A stretch of 46,424 nt of DNA from NCBI GenBank assembly GCA_020425485.1, contig JAGQRL010000029.1, forward strand, positions 1-46,424. Direction: 5' to 3'. The number at the start of each line of letters is the position of its first letter. Within the stretch, counting starts at the first letter, position 1. The notes beneath the pieces are model-generated. The model was not told the DNA's origin. It made no database searches and saw only the letters and a list, made by a program, of their open reading frames with translations. This document shows positions 1 through 8,472 of the stretch, one piece after another. Source of the DNA: Rhodospirillaceae bacterium. GTDB taxonomy: Bacteria > Pseudomonadota > Alphaproteobacteria > DSM-16000 > Inquilinaceae. The translations under genes and the position numbers were made by a program.

Positions 1-930
1 GCCAAGAACATGCGCATCACCGTCAACGGCGACCTGGCGCTGGGGGTGACGGCGAAGGACATGATCCTGGCGATCATCGGCACCATCGGCACGGCGGGCG
101 GCACCGGCCATGTGATCGAATATGCCGGCGATGCGGTGCAGGCACTTTCCATGGAAGGGCGCATGACCGTGTGCAACATGTCGATCGAAGGCGGCGCCCG
201 GGCCGGGCTGATCGCACCCGACGACACCACGTTTGCCTATATCAAGGGCCGCCCCATGGCGCCCAAGGCCGGCCAGTGGGAGCAGGCGGAAGCCTATTGG
301 CGCACCCTGCCCAGCGATGCCGGGGCGGCCTACGACAAGGAAGTCACGCTGGATGGCCCGGCGATCCCGCCCACCGTCACCTGGGGCACCAGCCCGCAGG
401 ATACGGTGGCGATCACCGGTGCGGTGCCCGACCCCGACAGCTTTGCCGATGCCGGCCGCCAGGCCGCGGCCAGGCGCTCGCTGGACTATATGGGCCTGAA
501 GCCCGGCACGCCGATGACCGAGATCCCGTTGGACAAGGTGTTCATCGGCTCGTGCACCAACGGCCGCATCGAGGATCTGCGGGCGGTTGCCGCGGTCTGC
601 GAGGCCCAGGTGAAGCAGGGCCGCAAGGTGGCCGACAGCGTGCACGCCATGATCGTGCCGGGCTCCGGCCTGGTGAAGGAACAGGCCGAAGGTGAGGGGC
701 TGGATGCGCTGTTCCGCGAGGCCGGGTTCGACTGGCGGGAGCCGGGCTGTTCCATGTGCCTGGCGATGAACGCCGACCGGCTGGAGCCGGGCGAGCGCTG
801 TGCCTCCACCTCCAACCGCAACTTCGAAGGCCGCCAGGGCCGCGGCGGGCGCACCCATCTGGTCAGCCCCGCCATGGCCGCCGCCGCCGCCTTTGCCGGC
901 CACCTGACGGATGTACGAGAGGTTGTGTAG
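1..930 (+). CDS. leuC: 3-isopropylmalate dehydratase large subunit, C-terminal part (5' end lies outside the window)
   Basis: The frame is open from base 1. Aconitase-superfamily motifs are present: [46 protein letters not shown]. The C-terminal tail is typical of LeuC. Confidence 0.95.
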   Translation, partial: AKNMRITVNGDLALGVTAKDMILAIIGTIGTAGGTGHVIEYAGDAVQALSMEGRMTVCNMSIEGGARAGLIAPDDTTFAYIKGRPMAPKAGQWEQAEAYWRTLPSDAGAAYDKEVTLDGPAIPPTVTWGTSPQDTVAITGAVPDPDSFADAGRQAAARRSLDYMGLKPGTPMTEIPLDKVFIGSCTNGRIEDLRAVAAVCEAQVKQGRKVADSVHAMIVPGSGLVKEQAEGEGLDALFREAGFDWREPGCSMCLAMNADRLEPGERCASTSNRNFEGRQGRGGRTHLVSPAMAAAAAFAGHLTDVREVV

Positions 931-1080
931 CCGGCCCCGTCTTCGTCCCGCCGCCATCCTCCGGTTAATTTCCAGCGCGACAAATCCACACAAACAAAGG
1001 GTTTGAGCGCCATCGGAGGTGTTGGTTAGGCTTCTCCCAGGCGGTCCGCTCGCGGCCGCCGGCGATGGGGAGGGGCCGCC

Positions 1081-2742
1081 GTGCAGCGCATCCAACCGAC
1101 CCACCTGGCGTCACGGAGATCCCATCCTGCCGGCAGCACGCCGCTGCCGCCGGGCCTGCGCGCCAGCCTGGAAGCCCGCTTCGCCGCCTCCCTCGATGCT
1201 GTGCGCCTTCACCGCGGCAACACGGCCGCCGCCGTCGCCGGCCTGCTCGGTGCCGATGCGGTGGCGGTGGGCTGCCACATCCTGCTGTCGGCCGATCTGG
1301 CGGCGGTGGCGGACCCGGGGGACCGTGCCGTCCGCCTGCTGGCGCATGAGATCTGCCACACCCTGCAAGGCCGCCGCCCCGGCCCGCTGCATCTGGAACC
1401 GCCGGGAAGCCCGGCCGAACGGGAAGCCGAACGGGTGGCCCGCCGCGTTGCCCGCGGGCTCGCCGCCGGCCCCATCCGCCAGCGCCATGCCGGTATCGCC
1501 TGCAACACCTGGACGGCCGACCGCATCATCTACGAGCTGTCCTATGCGGCCAACGACTGGGCCGTGACCGCCGATGAGGAGATCGAGATCCTCGGCCTCG
1601 TCCGCCGCGATTCCAACTTCGACAAGACGGTCAACGACCTGGACAGCGAGGACATGCTGGACGCGCTGGTCTCCCGCGTCGACGATTCCGAAAATCGCAT
1701 CAAACTGATCCAGATGAGCGGGGCCAAGCTGACCACGCGCGCCGCCTTCGACAAGATGTTGAAGCAGATCAAGATCATGATGTTCGACGAAGGCGAAATG
1801 TTCATGGGCTTCAACTACGCCCAGACCTTCACCTTCAGCTTCGAAATGCACCAGGGCATGCGCGCCATGGGCGGGCTGGGCACCAGCACCGCACTGGACC
1901 CCAAGCACTACAAGAAGCTGTTCGGTGCCGCCGATCAGCCGTTTTCCGGCGTCGGCGCCACCGGCGTGAACCCGCATTCGCTGAGCATCGGGGTGACCGA
2001 CAAGTACAAGCTGGCCCGCGGCGAGAAGAACTACCCGAAGGTCTACCAGAAATACTCCAACCCGATCCCCGGCAGCCTGCCCGACTATCTGCGCACGCTG
2101 ACGCCGCGCCAGCGCAAGGACCAGGCGCTGGTGCTGATGAAGCAGGCCATCGTCACCAGCATGCCCCACTCCTACGTGAACGGGCTGCCGACGCGGGCGG
2201 ACATCGCCAAGCTCGCCGGCAAGAAGCACAACCTGGAACCCGCCCTGATCGCCGGCTTCATGCTGGCCGAACAGCGCGACCAGTCGAAGAACGAGGACGC
2301 CAAGGACCTGACCGCGGCGCTCTCGATCATGGAGGGCAACACCTCCATCGGGCTGGGCCAGGTGGTGGTTTCCACCGCGCGCAAGAACGAGCTGTTCCGC
2401 GACCTGCTGTGGCCGGCCACCTGGGGGGCCCTGTCGCACAAGGACATCGCCCATCTGCTGGTGTGCGACGAGTTCAACATCTTCGCCACCGCCCGCTACA
2501 TCAGGAAGGTCGCCGACGCCGCCACCAAGCTGGACATCGGCAAGCTGCCCAACACCAAGGCCAAGTTCCCGCTGATCAACCTTCCGGCCTACGCCAAGCA
2601 TTCCAAGGATTGGCCGGTGCACAACATCATGGCGCTGGGATCGGAATACACATCGACCGCCTGGGACGACACGCTGTCACCAGGCTGGGGCGGCTTCGTC
2701 TACGAAGCCTATGGCGACGTCCTGGCCGCCGCGATCTTCTGA
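1081..2742 (+). CDS. DUF4157 (zincin HExxH) N-terminal domain protein with a possible lysozyme/SLT-like C-terminal domain; polymorphic-toxin-like
   Basis: GTG start with GGGAGG 8 nt upstream. The N-terminus matches the DUF4157 pattern (LPPGLRASLEARFAASLDAVRLHRG ... LLAHEICHTLQG), with HEICH at nt 1345-1359. The C-terminal region (aa about 372-540) has FMLAEQRDQS ... SIGLGQV ... NIFATARYIRK ... ALGSEYTSTAW, which resembles the E / GLxQ / aromatic motifs of lytic transglycosylases. Confidence 0.7.
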   Translation: MQRIQPTHLASRRSHPAGSTPLPPGLRASLEARFAASLDAVRLHRGNTAAAVAGLLGADAVAVGCHILLSADLAAVADPGDRAVRLLAHEICHTLQGRRPGPLHLEPPGSPAEREAERVARRVARGLAAGPIRQRHAGIACNTWTADRIIYELSYAANDWAVTADEEIEILGLVRRDSNFDKTVNDLDSEDMLDALVSRVDDSENRIKLIQMSGAKLTTRAAFDKMLKQIKIMMFDEGEMFMGFNYAQTFTFSFEMHQGMRAMGGLGTSTALDPKHYKKLFGAADQPFSGVGATGVNPHSLSIGVTDKYKLARGEKNYPKVYQKYSNPIPGSLPDYLRTLTPRQRKDQALVLMKQAIVTSMPHSYVNGLPTRADIAKLAGKKHNLEPALIAGFMLAEQRDQSKNEDAKDLTAALSIMEGNTSIGLGQVVVSTARKNELFRDLLWPATWGALSHKDIAHLLVCDEFNIFATARYIRKVADAATKLDIGKLPNTKAKFPLINLPAYAKHSKDWPVHNIMALGSEYTSTAWDDTLSPGWGGFVYEAYGDVLAAAIF

Positions 2743-2785
2743 GCGCGGTTCGGGAGGTGTGGAGGGGCTGGGGGCGGTGCAAAAC

Positions 2786-5524
2786 TCAGTCGAAAATCGC
2801 TTCCGCGCGTTGCTTCTTCGTGAGTCTGACGCCGTCGAGGTTCGCGCGTCTTAGATCAGCGCCGTCAAGGCTGGCCCCGACAAGATTGGCGTGACCAAGG
2901 TTCGCACCCTCAAGGTTCGCACGCCGAAGGTCTGCACAGTAGAGCTTTGCGTCCCGTAGGTTTGCGCCACCGAGGTTCACGTTTCCAAGATTCGCACGCC
3001 GAAGATTGGCGCCCACAAGGTTGGCACCCACGAGATTGGCTCTCCGTAGGTTCGCGCGCCGCAGATTGGCAAGTCCGAGCTTTGCACGTCGCAGGTCAGC
3101 GCGTCTCAGATCCGCGTGCTGGAAATCTGCACGCCGCAGATCCGCGCCGCCCAAGTCAACGCACCAGAGGCCCTGTCGAGCGAGTGGCATCCCACCGAGC
3201 AGTGTCAAACTGAGAGGCATGGCCACCGCCGCCAGCCCCCGCCTCAAACGGCCTATGAGCTTGGCTGCAGCGCAAGGATCGTCACCCCAATCTAGCGTCC
3301 AGACCGATTCTGTCGCCAGAGCACAGGCATTTATTGCTGCCAGCAGCGCCTCTTCTGCGTTCAAGGCACGAGCGACTGCCTGTCGATACGACCTAGCCCC
3401 GTCAAATGCCGGCATACCTTCGTCCAGATTGAGCTTGAAGAGCATTTCAAGCGTAGTCTTCCAGTTGATTATTTTGTTGGTCTCCGGTTGTTGAGCATGT
3501 CGCCATCTGATTTCATCTCGAAGAAAAGCAACAATCTCGCGCGTCACCGGCTGCAAACCACACATACGGAGCCATTTTTTCAGGCCCATCCTTAATAAAT
3601 CCTGGTCCTTTCCATCTCCTGAGGACTTGAATATTGTATCAATTTCACGCACAAGCCGGCGGGCAGTCAGATATTCTCGAAATGATCTATGGGTAAATTC
3701 GAAGGCCGGGTTCCTACCAATACTCTCTACACTGTGCATATAGGAAGCCGCGAGCAGACGAAGCGCTTGCCCGCTCTCATCCATAAAAGTATTTATCTTT
3801 TCGCCAAGCTCGTTCGTAGAACATAGCGCAACTGCCTGCCTAATTGTTGCAGTCCTTCCGTTGCCATACCATGCCGCCAACGCGAGCGTTTCCATGATTT
3901 CATCAAAATCTTCGCCAAGCTCAATCCTAGTTTTTCTACGGCCTCCGCCGTGCATGCCCTTGGACACTTGTGTGAATAGCAAACGATAGACACCGTTCAG
4001 ATTTGTTCTTTCTCGAGCAATCTCTTGATTGTGGTAGCCGCTGAGGACGAGGAGATAGAGCAACAGTGGTTCGGAAGACAGCGAGTCTAGGCGTGAGTCG
4101 AGAAGGCGTCGCCGCGCAGCGCCGTCTGCCTTGGGCTTGAGCGCGGTATAACGGCGCCACCAATCCTCGCGTTGATCGGCGCTTGTACCTGTCAGAAGAC
4201 CATGGGGATCGTTCAGAACATTTCGTTCTGCGCTACCGACTCTGTAATAGTATCGTAGAACCTCAAGATTCCGCGGCCCTTTCGGTGATGCTGTCTTCGC
4301 TACCGCCTGAATAACTGCTGGGCGACCCGTTACCAGTGCTTGTACAAGACAACGACTTTGATTCCAAATCTCTAACTGATCATGGATTCTATCCAGCAGA
4401 CGCTCAGCATCCCTGGCTGCCTCGCGTTCCTCGCCTCCAAATTCGTCGAGTCCGTCGAAGATCAATAAATATCGACGCGAGGCACTTGCAGGATTCCAGT
4501 CGGTAAACATTCGCATGGGGAAATGGGCTGAAGCGCACCATTCTCCGAGGTATTGATCAAGGCTCTGCCCAAGCCTTTCCTTAATGATAAGGCTGCGCTG
4601 AAGGGGTACATGGACAACGCGGACAACATTTTGCTCTGCTAGTTCCGAAGCTAACATTCGCGTGAAAGAAGACTTGCCACTGCCCGGACCACCGCGAACC
4701 AGCATGACAGCATGGTCTTTGTCAGGTTTCTCAAGCCAGCTCTGCACGGCGCTGTGCAAATCTACAACAGTTGCTGATTTTTCATCTTGTTTGTACGCAG
4801 CCCGCAACCGGACATAGATGTCCTTCAACGAAAAGGTCTCTCCGAAAATCGGAGTTTCGCGAAGCTTGATCAATTCAAGTCTGTGGCGCGCCCAGGCTCG
4901 TTCGATCTGATCGGCTCTAGCGAACGGGCTGCTTAGTGCCTCCAGAACAGGCTTGTACGCCTCGGCATGCCGGCGCCATTCGTCGTGCAGCGCAGCAGCC
5001 CAAAAACTGTCAAACCGCCCGACGACCGTTCGGACCTCTATGGTCGGCAGATGAATGTCGCGCAGCCAGGATTCAAATGTACGTTTGATCGCTTGCGCTA
5101 TTGGAAGTGCTACTGGCTGATCAAAAAAATCGACTGCGATCTCGAACTCCGCATCCTTCAGATTGACGTTGGGAAGCCTACCTAATTCTTTACCGTAGTC
5201 GTCTTGTATCTCGGGATGCATCTCCACTACTGGAGCCATTAGTTCTAAGATTGCTTGGCCAGCAGCACGATGGACCAGCGTCCAAGCTCTGGATTCAGGG
5301 CGCATGCCCTCTACGAATTCCGCAGGGATTTCGAGCACACTGTCGATGACGCTGGCGATGGACTCGCTACCGGCGGGGTACAACGCTATTCCATTGGCGA
5401 TCGCTCGGCCGAGGTGTTTGAAGGACCTCTTTAGTCCAGTGACTACGTCATCCTTGTCGAAACGCTTGGCGACTAGCGATGTCGCTTTAGTCGTTGCATC
5501 GAGTTTCTGGGCGTCGTCATCCAT
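2786..5524 (-). CDS. NACHT/STAND P-loop NTPase with C-terminal pentapeptide-repeat domain and an unassigned N-terminal domain (NLR-like)
   Basis: 912-aa ORF. Walker A GGPGSGKS (aa 278-285, nt 4670-4693) and Walker B LLIFDGLDEF (aa 352-361) are present. A helical region follows, then 23 consecutive A(D/N)LxR pentapeptides. GC is about 50-52% in sampled lines versus about 70% in flanking genes. Confidence 0.85.
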   Translation of the reverse strand: MDDDAQKLDATTKATSLVAKRFDKDDVVTGLKRSFKHLGRAIANGIALYPAGSESIASVIDSVLEIPAEFVEGMRPESRAWTLVHRAAGQAILELMAPVVEMHPEIQDDYGKELGRLPNVNLKDAEFEIAVDFFDQPVALPIAQAIKRTFESWLRDIHLPTIEVRTVVGRFDSFWAAALHDEWRRHAEAYKPVLEALSSPFARADQIERAWARHRLELIKLRETPIFGETFSLKDIYVRLRAAYKQDEKSATVVDLHSAVQSWLEKPDKDHAVMLVRGGPGSGKSSFTRMLASELAEQNVVRVVHVPLQRSLIIKERLGQSLDQYLGEWCASAHFPMRMFTDWNPASASRRYLLIFDGLDEFGGEEREAARDAERLLDRIHDQLEIWNQSRCLVQALVTGRPAVIQAVAKTASPKGPRNLEVLRYYYRVGSAERNVLNDPHGLLTGTSADQREDWWRRYTALKPKADGAARRRLLDSRLDSLSSEPLLLYLLVLSGYHNQEIARERTNLNGVYRLLFTQVSKGMHGGGRRKTRIELGEDFDEIMETLALAAWYGNGRTATIRQAVALCSTNELGEKINTFMDESGQALRLLAASYMHSVESIGRNPAFEFTHRSFREYLTARRLVREIDTIFKSSGDGKDQDLLRMGLKKWLRMCGLQPVTREIVAFLRDEIRWRHAQQPETNKIINWKTTLEMLFKLNLDEGMPAFDGARSYRQAVARALNAEEALLAAINACALATESVWTLDWGDDPCAAAKLIGRLRRGLAAVAMPLSLTLLGGMPLARQGLWCVDLGGADLRRADFQHADLRRADLRRAKLGLANLRRANLRRANLVGANLVGANLRRANLGNVNLGGANLRDAKLYCADLRRANLEGANLGHANLVGASLDGADLRRANLDGVRLTKKQRAEAIFD
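2819..3163 (-). repeat. Coding tandem array of 23 pentapeptide repeats (15-nt periodic DNA) inside the NACHT gene
   Basis: Translation reads CVDLG GADLR RADFQ HADLR RADLR RAKLG LANLR RANLR RANLV GANLV GANLR RANLG NVNLG GANLR DAKLY CADLR RANLE GANLG HANLV GASLD GADLR RANLD GVRLT. Confidence 0.9.
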
Positions 5525-5599
5525 GGTAGGCGGGCTCGTCCAATAGGTTTCGCTCTTAGCGAGCGTATCCTGTTGGAGCGCGCCAGAAAAGGATGCCCC

Positions 5600-8179
5600 T
5601 CACTCTCCCGACAGCACGGTGCGGAGGCGTTGGGCCAGTTCTTCCATCCGGTAGGGCTTGGACAGCACGGTGGCGCCGAACTCGCTTTCCAGCCCGTCGC
5701 CGGCGGCCGTGGCCGCATAGCCGGTGGTCAGCAGGATCTTCAGCTCCGGGTGGCGCCGCCGCGCCTCGCGCGCCAGCTCGAAGCCGCTCATCCCGCCGGG
5801 CATGACGATATCGGTGAACAGCAGGTCGACTGCGGCGTCCTTCGCCAGGTGGTCGAGTGCTGCCTTGGCGTGGCCGACCGCCTCCACCTTGTAGCCGAGA
5901 TCGATGAGCTGGGCGCCCACCGCCTCGCGCAGTTCCGGGTTGTCCTCCACCAGCAGAACGCGCTCGCCGCCGCCCGGTGCGGCCCCTTCGGCCACCGCGC
6001 TCGCCGGATGGTCGCCGTCCGGGGCGGAGGTGCGCGGCAGGTAGATCTTCACCGTCGTGCCGTGGCCAAGCTCGCTGTAGATCCTCAGATAGCCACCCGA
6101 TTGCTGGGCAAAGCCGAACACCATGCTGAGGCCGAGCCCGCTGCCGCGCCCCACCTCCTTGGTGGTGAAGAAGGGCTCGGTGGCGTGCTCCAGCACCTCC
6201 GGCGACATGCCGGTGCCGGTGTCGGTCACGGCCAGCATCACGTAGTCGCCGGGCGACACGTCCTGGTCCTTGGCGGTCACGGTGTCGTCGATGGTGAGGT
6301 TGGCGGTCTCGATCACCAGGGTGCCGCCGCCGGGCATGGCATCGCGGGCGTTGATGGCCAGGTTGAGGATGGCGTTGTCCACCTGGGACGGGTCGGCGAT
6401 GCACCACCACAGCCGCCGGCCCGGCGCCACCTTCACCACGGTGGCTTCGCCGAGCATGCGGGTGAGGATGGCTTCCAGCTCCGGCAGGCGTTGGTTGAGG
6501 TCGATGGCTTGCGGTTCCAGCGGCTGCTGGCGGGCAAACGCGAGCAGCCGGCGCGTCAGTTCCGCCCCGCGGAGCGCGCTGTCCATCGCCGCCTGCAGCC
6601 GCTTGGCGACCCGCGTATCGCCCTGCACCTGCGGTTCGATCAGATCGAGGTTGCCGACGACGACGCTAAGCATGTTGTTGAAATCATGGGCGATGCCGCC
6701 GGTGAGCTGGCCGATCGCCTCCATCTTCTGGGCCTGGCTGAGCTGCTTTTCCATGGCGATCCGCTCGGTCAGGTCGCGCACGGTGGCGGCAACCACCGTT
6801 TCCTGGCCGGAGGCCAGCGGCGTCAGGCTGATGTCGGCACGGAAGGTGGAGCCGTCCTTGCGGCGGCCGCGCAGGTCCAGGCTGCCGGCGGCCATGGTGC
6901 GCCGCTGCGGCGCGTTCACATAGGCGTTGCGCAGGCCGACATGGCTGCGCCCCAGCGTCTCCGGCACCAGGATCTCCACGGGCTGGCCGACGATCTCATC
7001 GTGGGCGAACCCGAAGGTTGCTTCGGCCTGCTGGTTGACGTCCTGGATCTTGCCGTCGGCCCCGACCATGACGATGGCGTCCGGCGCATAGGCGAAGAGG
7101 TCGCGGAACTTGGCCTCGATGTTCTCCCGCGTGCGCGCCATGGATTCCGCCAGGCGCACCGCCCGCCCCCGCGCGCTGGCCAGCGTCCACACGGTGCCGA
7201 ACACCAGAACGGTGACGACCAGTCCGCCCACCAGCAGCACGGTGGAGAGCGGCGACTGCATCTCCTCCACGAAGGCGGGCGTGGAGCGGAAGGCGATGGT
7301 CCAGGGCCGGCCGGCCACCTCGATGGTGGCGGTCTGCACAAGCTCGGGCGACAAGGCGGCGGCGGCGGCGTCAACGTTGGAGAAGAGCAGTTCCGCCTCG
7401 TCGGCGGCCGGACCGTCGAACACTTCCAGGTCGATCTGCGGGAACTCGCCCTGCAGGATGCCGCGCATCAGGTCGGTGGCGCGGAAGGGGCTGTAGACGT
7501 AGCCGGACAGTGCTTCGCGCCGCGCCTCGGCGGTTTGCGGATCGCTGCCCGGCGCATAGACCGGCAGGTAGAGCAGGAAACCCGCCTGCCGCTCTTCGGT
7601 GATCTCCTGCAGCAGCTCCACCCGGCCCGACAGGGCGGCCTGCCCGGTGTCGCGCGCCCGCTCCATGGCGGCGCGGCGGATCTCGTTGGAAAACATGTCG
7701 TAGCCGAAGGCGGCGCGGTTGCGCGCGTCGAACGGCTCCAGAAAGACGATGGAGGTCAGCTCCTCGCGGTCGCCCGGCGGCCGGATGTCGTAGTCGGGGA
7801 AGCCGTCGGCGCGCACCGCCGCCACATGGTTCGCCCGCTCGTCGGGCCGAATCCGCTGGGCGAAGCCGACCCCCTGGATGCCCGGATATTCGCGGTCGAG
7901 ATCGAGGAGGTAGACGTAGTTGCGCCAGTCCGCCCGGGTGACCGGCTGAAACACCGAAAACACCGCCACGCCGCCGCGCAGCACCTGTTCGTAGGCGGCC
8001 ATGCGGTTGACGATGCGCGCCTCGATCAGCCGGATGCGGCTGGCGAAAGCTTCTTGCATCACCTGGCGTTCGAGGTCGCGTTCGACCCGCCAGACGACAA
8101 GGGTCACCGCCAGCGCTACGGCGGCGACCGCAACTGCGAGAAACCGTCGACCGCCGACTTTCTCAATCAAATCATCCAT
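5600..8179 (-). CDS. Hybrid sensor histidine kinase (TM - CHASE-like periplasmic domain - TM - PAS - HisKA - HATPase_c - receiver)
   Basis: Motifs present: H-box GGIAHDFNNML, N-box NLAINARDAM, G-boxes DTGTGM and GSGLGLSMV, receiver VLLVEDNPELR ... DLLFTDIVMPGGMSG ... ILLTTGY. Two hydrophobic segments flank a periplasmic domain of about 270 aa. Confidence 0.9.
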   Translation of the reverse strand: MDDLIEKVGGRRFLAVAVAAVALAVTLVVWRVERDLERQVMQEAFASRIRLIEARIVNRMAAYEQVLRGGVAVFSVFQPVTRADWRNYVYLLDLDREYPGIQGVGFAQRIRPDERANHVAAVRADGFPDYDIRPPGDREELTSIVFLEPFDARNRAAFGYDMFSNEIRRAAMERARDTGQAALSGRVELLQEITEERQAGFLLYLPVYAPGSDPQTAEARREALSGYVYSPFRATDLMRGILQGEFPQIDLEVFDGPAADEAELLFSNVDAAAAALSPELVQTATIEVAGRPWTIAFRSTPAFVEEMQSPLSTVLLVGGLVVTVLVFGTVWTLASARGRAVRLAESMARTRENIEAKFRDLFAYAPDAIVMVGADGKIQDVNQQAEATFGFAHDEIVGQPVEILVPETLGRSHVGLRNAYVNAPQRRTMAAGSLDLRGRRKDGSTFRADISLTPLASGQETVVAATVRDLTERIAMEKQLSQAQKMEAIGQLTGGIAHDFNNMLSVVVGNLDLIEPQVQGDTRVAKRLQAAMDSALRGAELTRRLLAFARQQPLEPQAIDLNQRLPELEAILTRMLGEATVVKVAPGRRLWWCIADPSQVDNAILNLAINARDAMPGGGTLVIETANLTIDDTVTAKDQDVSPGDYVMLAVTDTGTGMSPEVLEHATEPFFTTKEVGRGSGLGLSMVFGFAQQSGGYLRIYSELGHGTTVKIYLPRTSAPDGDHPASAVAEGAAPGGGERVLLVEDNPELREAVGAQLIDLGYKVEAVGHAKAALDHLAKDAAVDLLFTDIVMPGGMSGFELAREARRRHPELKILLTTGYAATAAGDGLESEFGATVLSKPYRMEELAQRLRTVLSGE

Positions 8180-8472
8180 TGGGGGAATTGTGCAGAGCTT
8201 GCCGGAATTTTCTCAATGTAGCGCCGCCCTCTGAGGGCCACAACTGGAACGTGGGCAGAACTTTGAGTAGAACCGACCTGGCTCTCACTATTATATTTGC
8301 CCAGGGGCGTCGAAATCCCAATATTATCGCTAGATCTTAAAATTTTGTTTGAGGTGATGGCATTCATTCCGGGCGATTCGCCGGCCAAGGTGCGCCGGAT
8401 GATCGCGGCGCGGCCTATTGCAGCGGTTTGCAGGCAATACCATTGGGGATGCCTACCCGCCGGCGCCCGGCC

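Noticed and set aside
931-1080. Absence of leuD after leuC as evidence of operon disruption by the island.
   Set aside because: leuC and leuD are separated or unlinked in many alphaproteobacteria, so this is not diagnostic without comparison to related genomes.
2819-3163. Periodic DNA repeats that might suggest a CRISPR array or a VNTR.
   Set aside because: The 15-nt period is in frame within a long ORF and encodes canonical pentapeptide repeats. There is no repeat-spacer structure and there are no cas genes.
5573-8221. 882-aa plus-strand ORF antisense to the histidine kinase gene. Similar long antisense or out-of-frame ORFs are at 19826-22162 (+), 23479-25371 (-), 25411-27048 (-), 29837-31750 (-), 33625-35910 (-), 11281-12822 (-), 13314-14441 (-) and 36299-37087 (-).
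   Set aside because: Their translations are R/G/A/P/H-rich low-complexity strings with no motifs. They mirror well-supported genes on the other strand. This is the usual stop-codon-poor artefact of DNA at about 70% GC.
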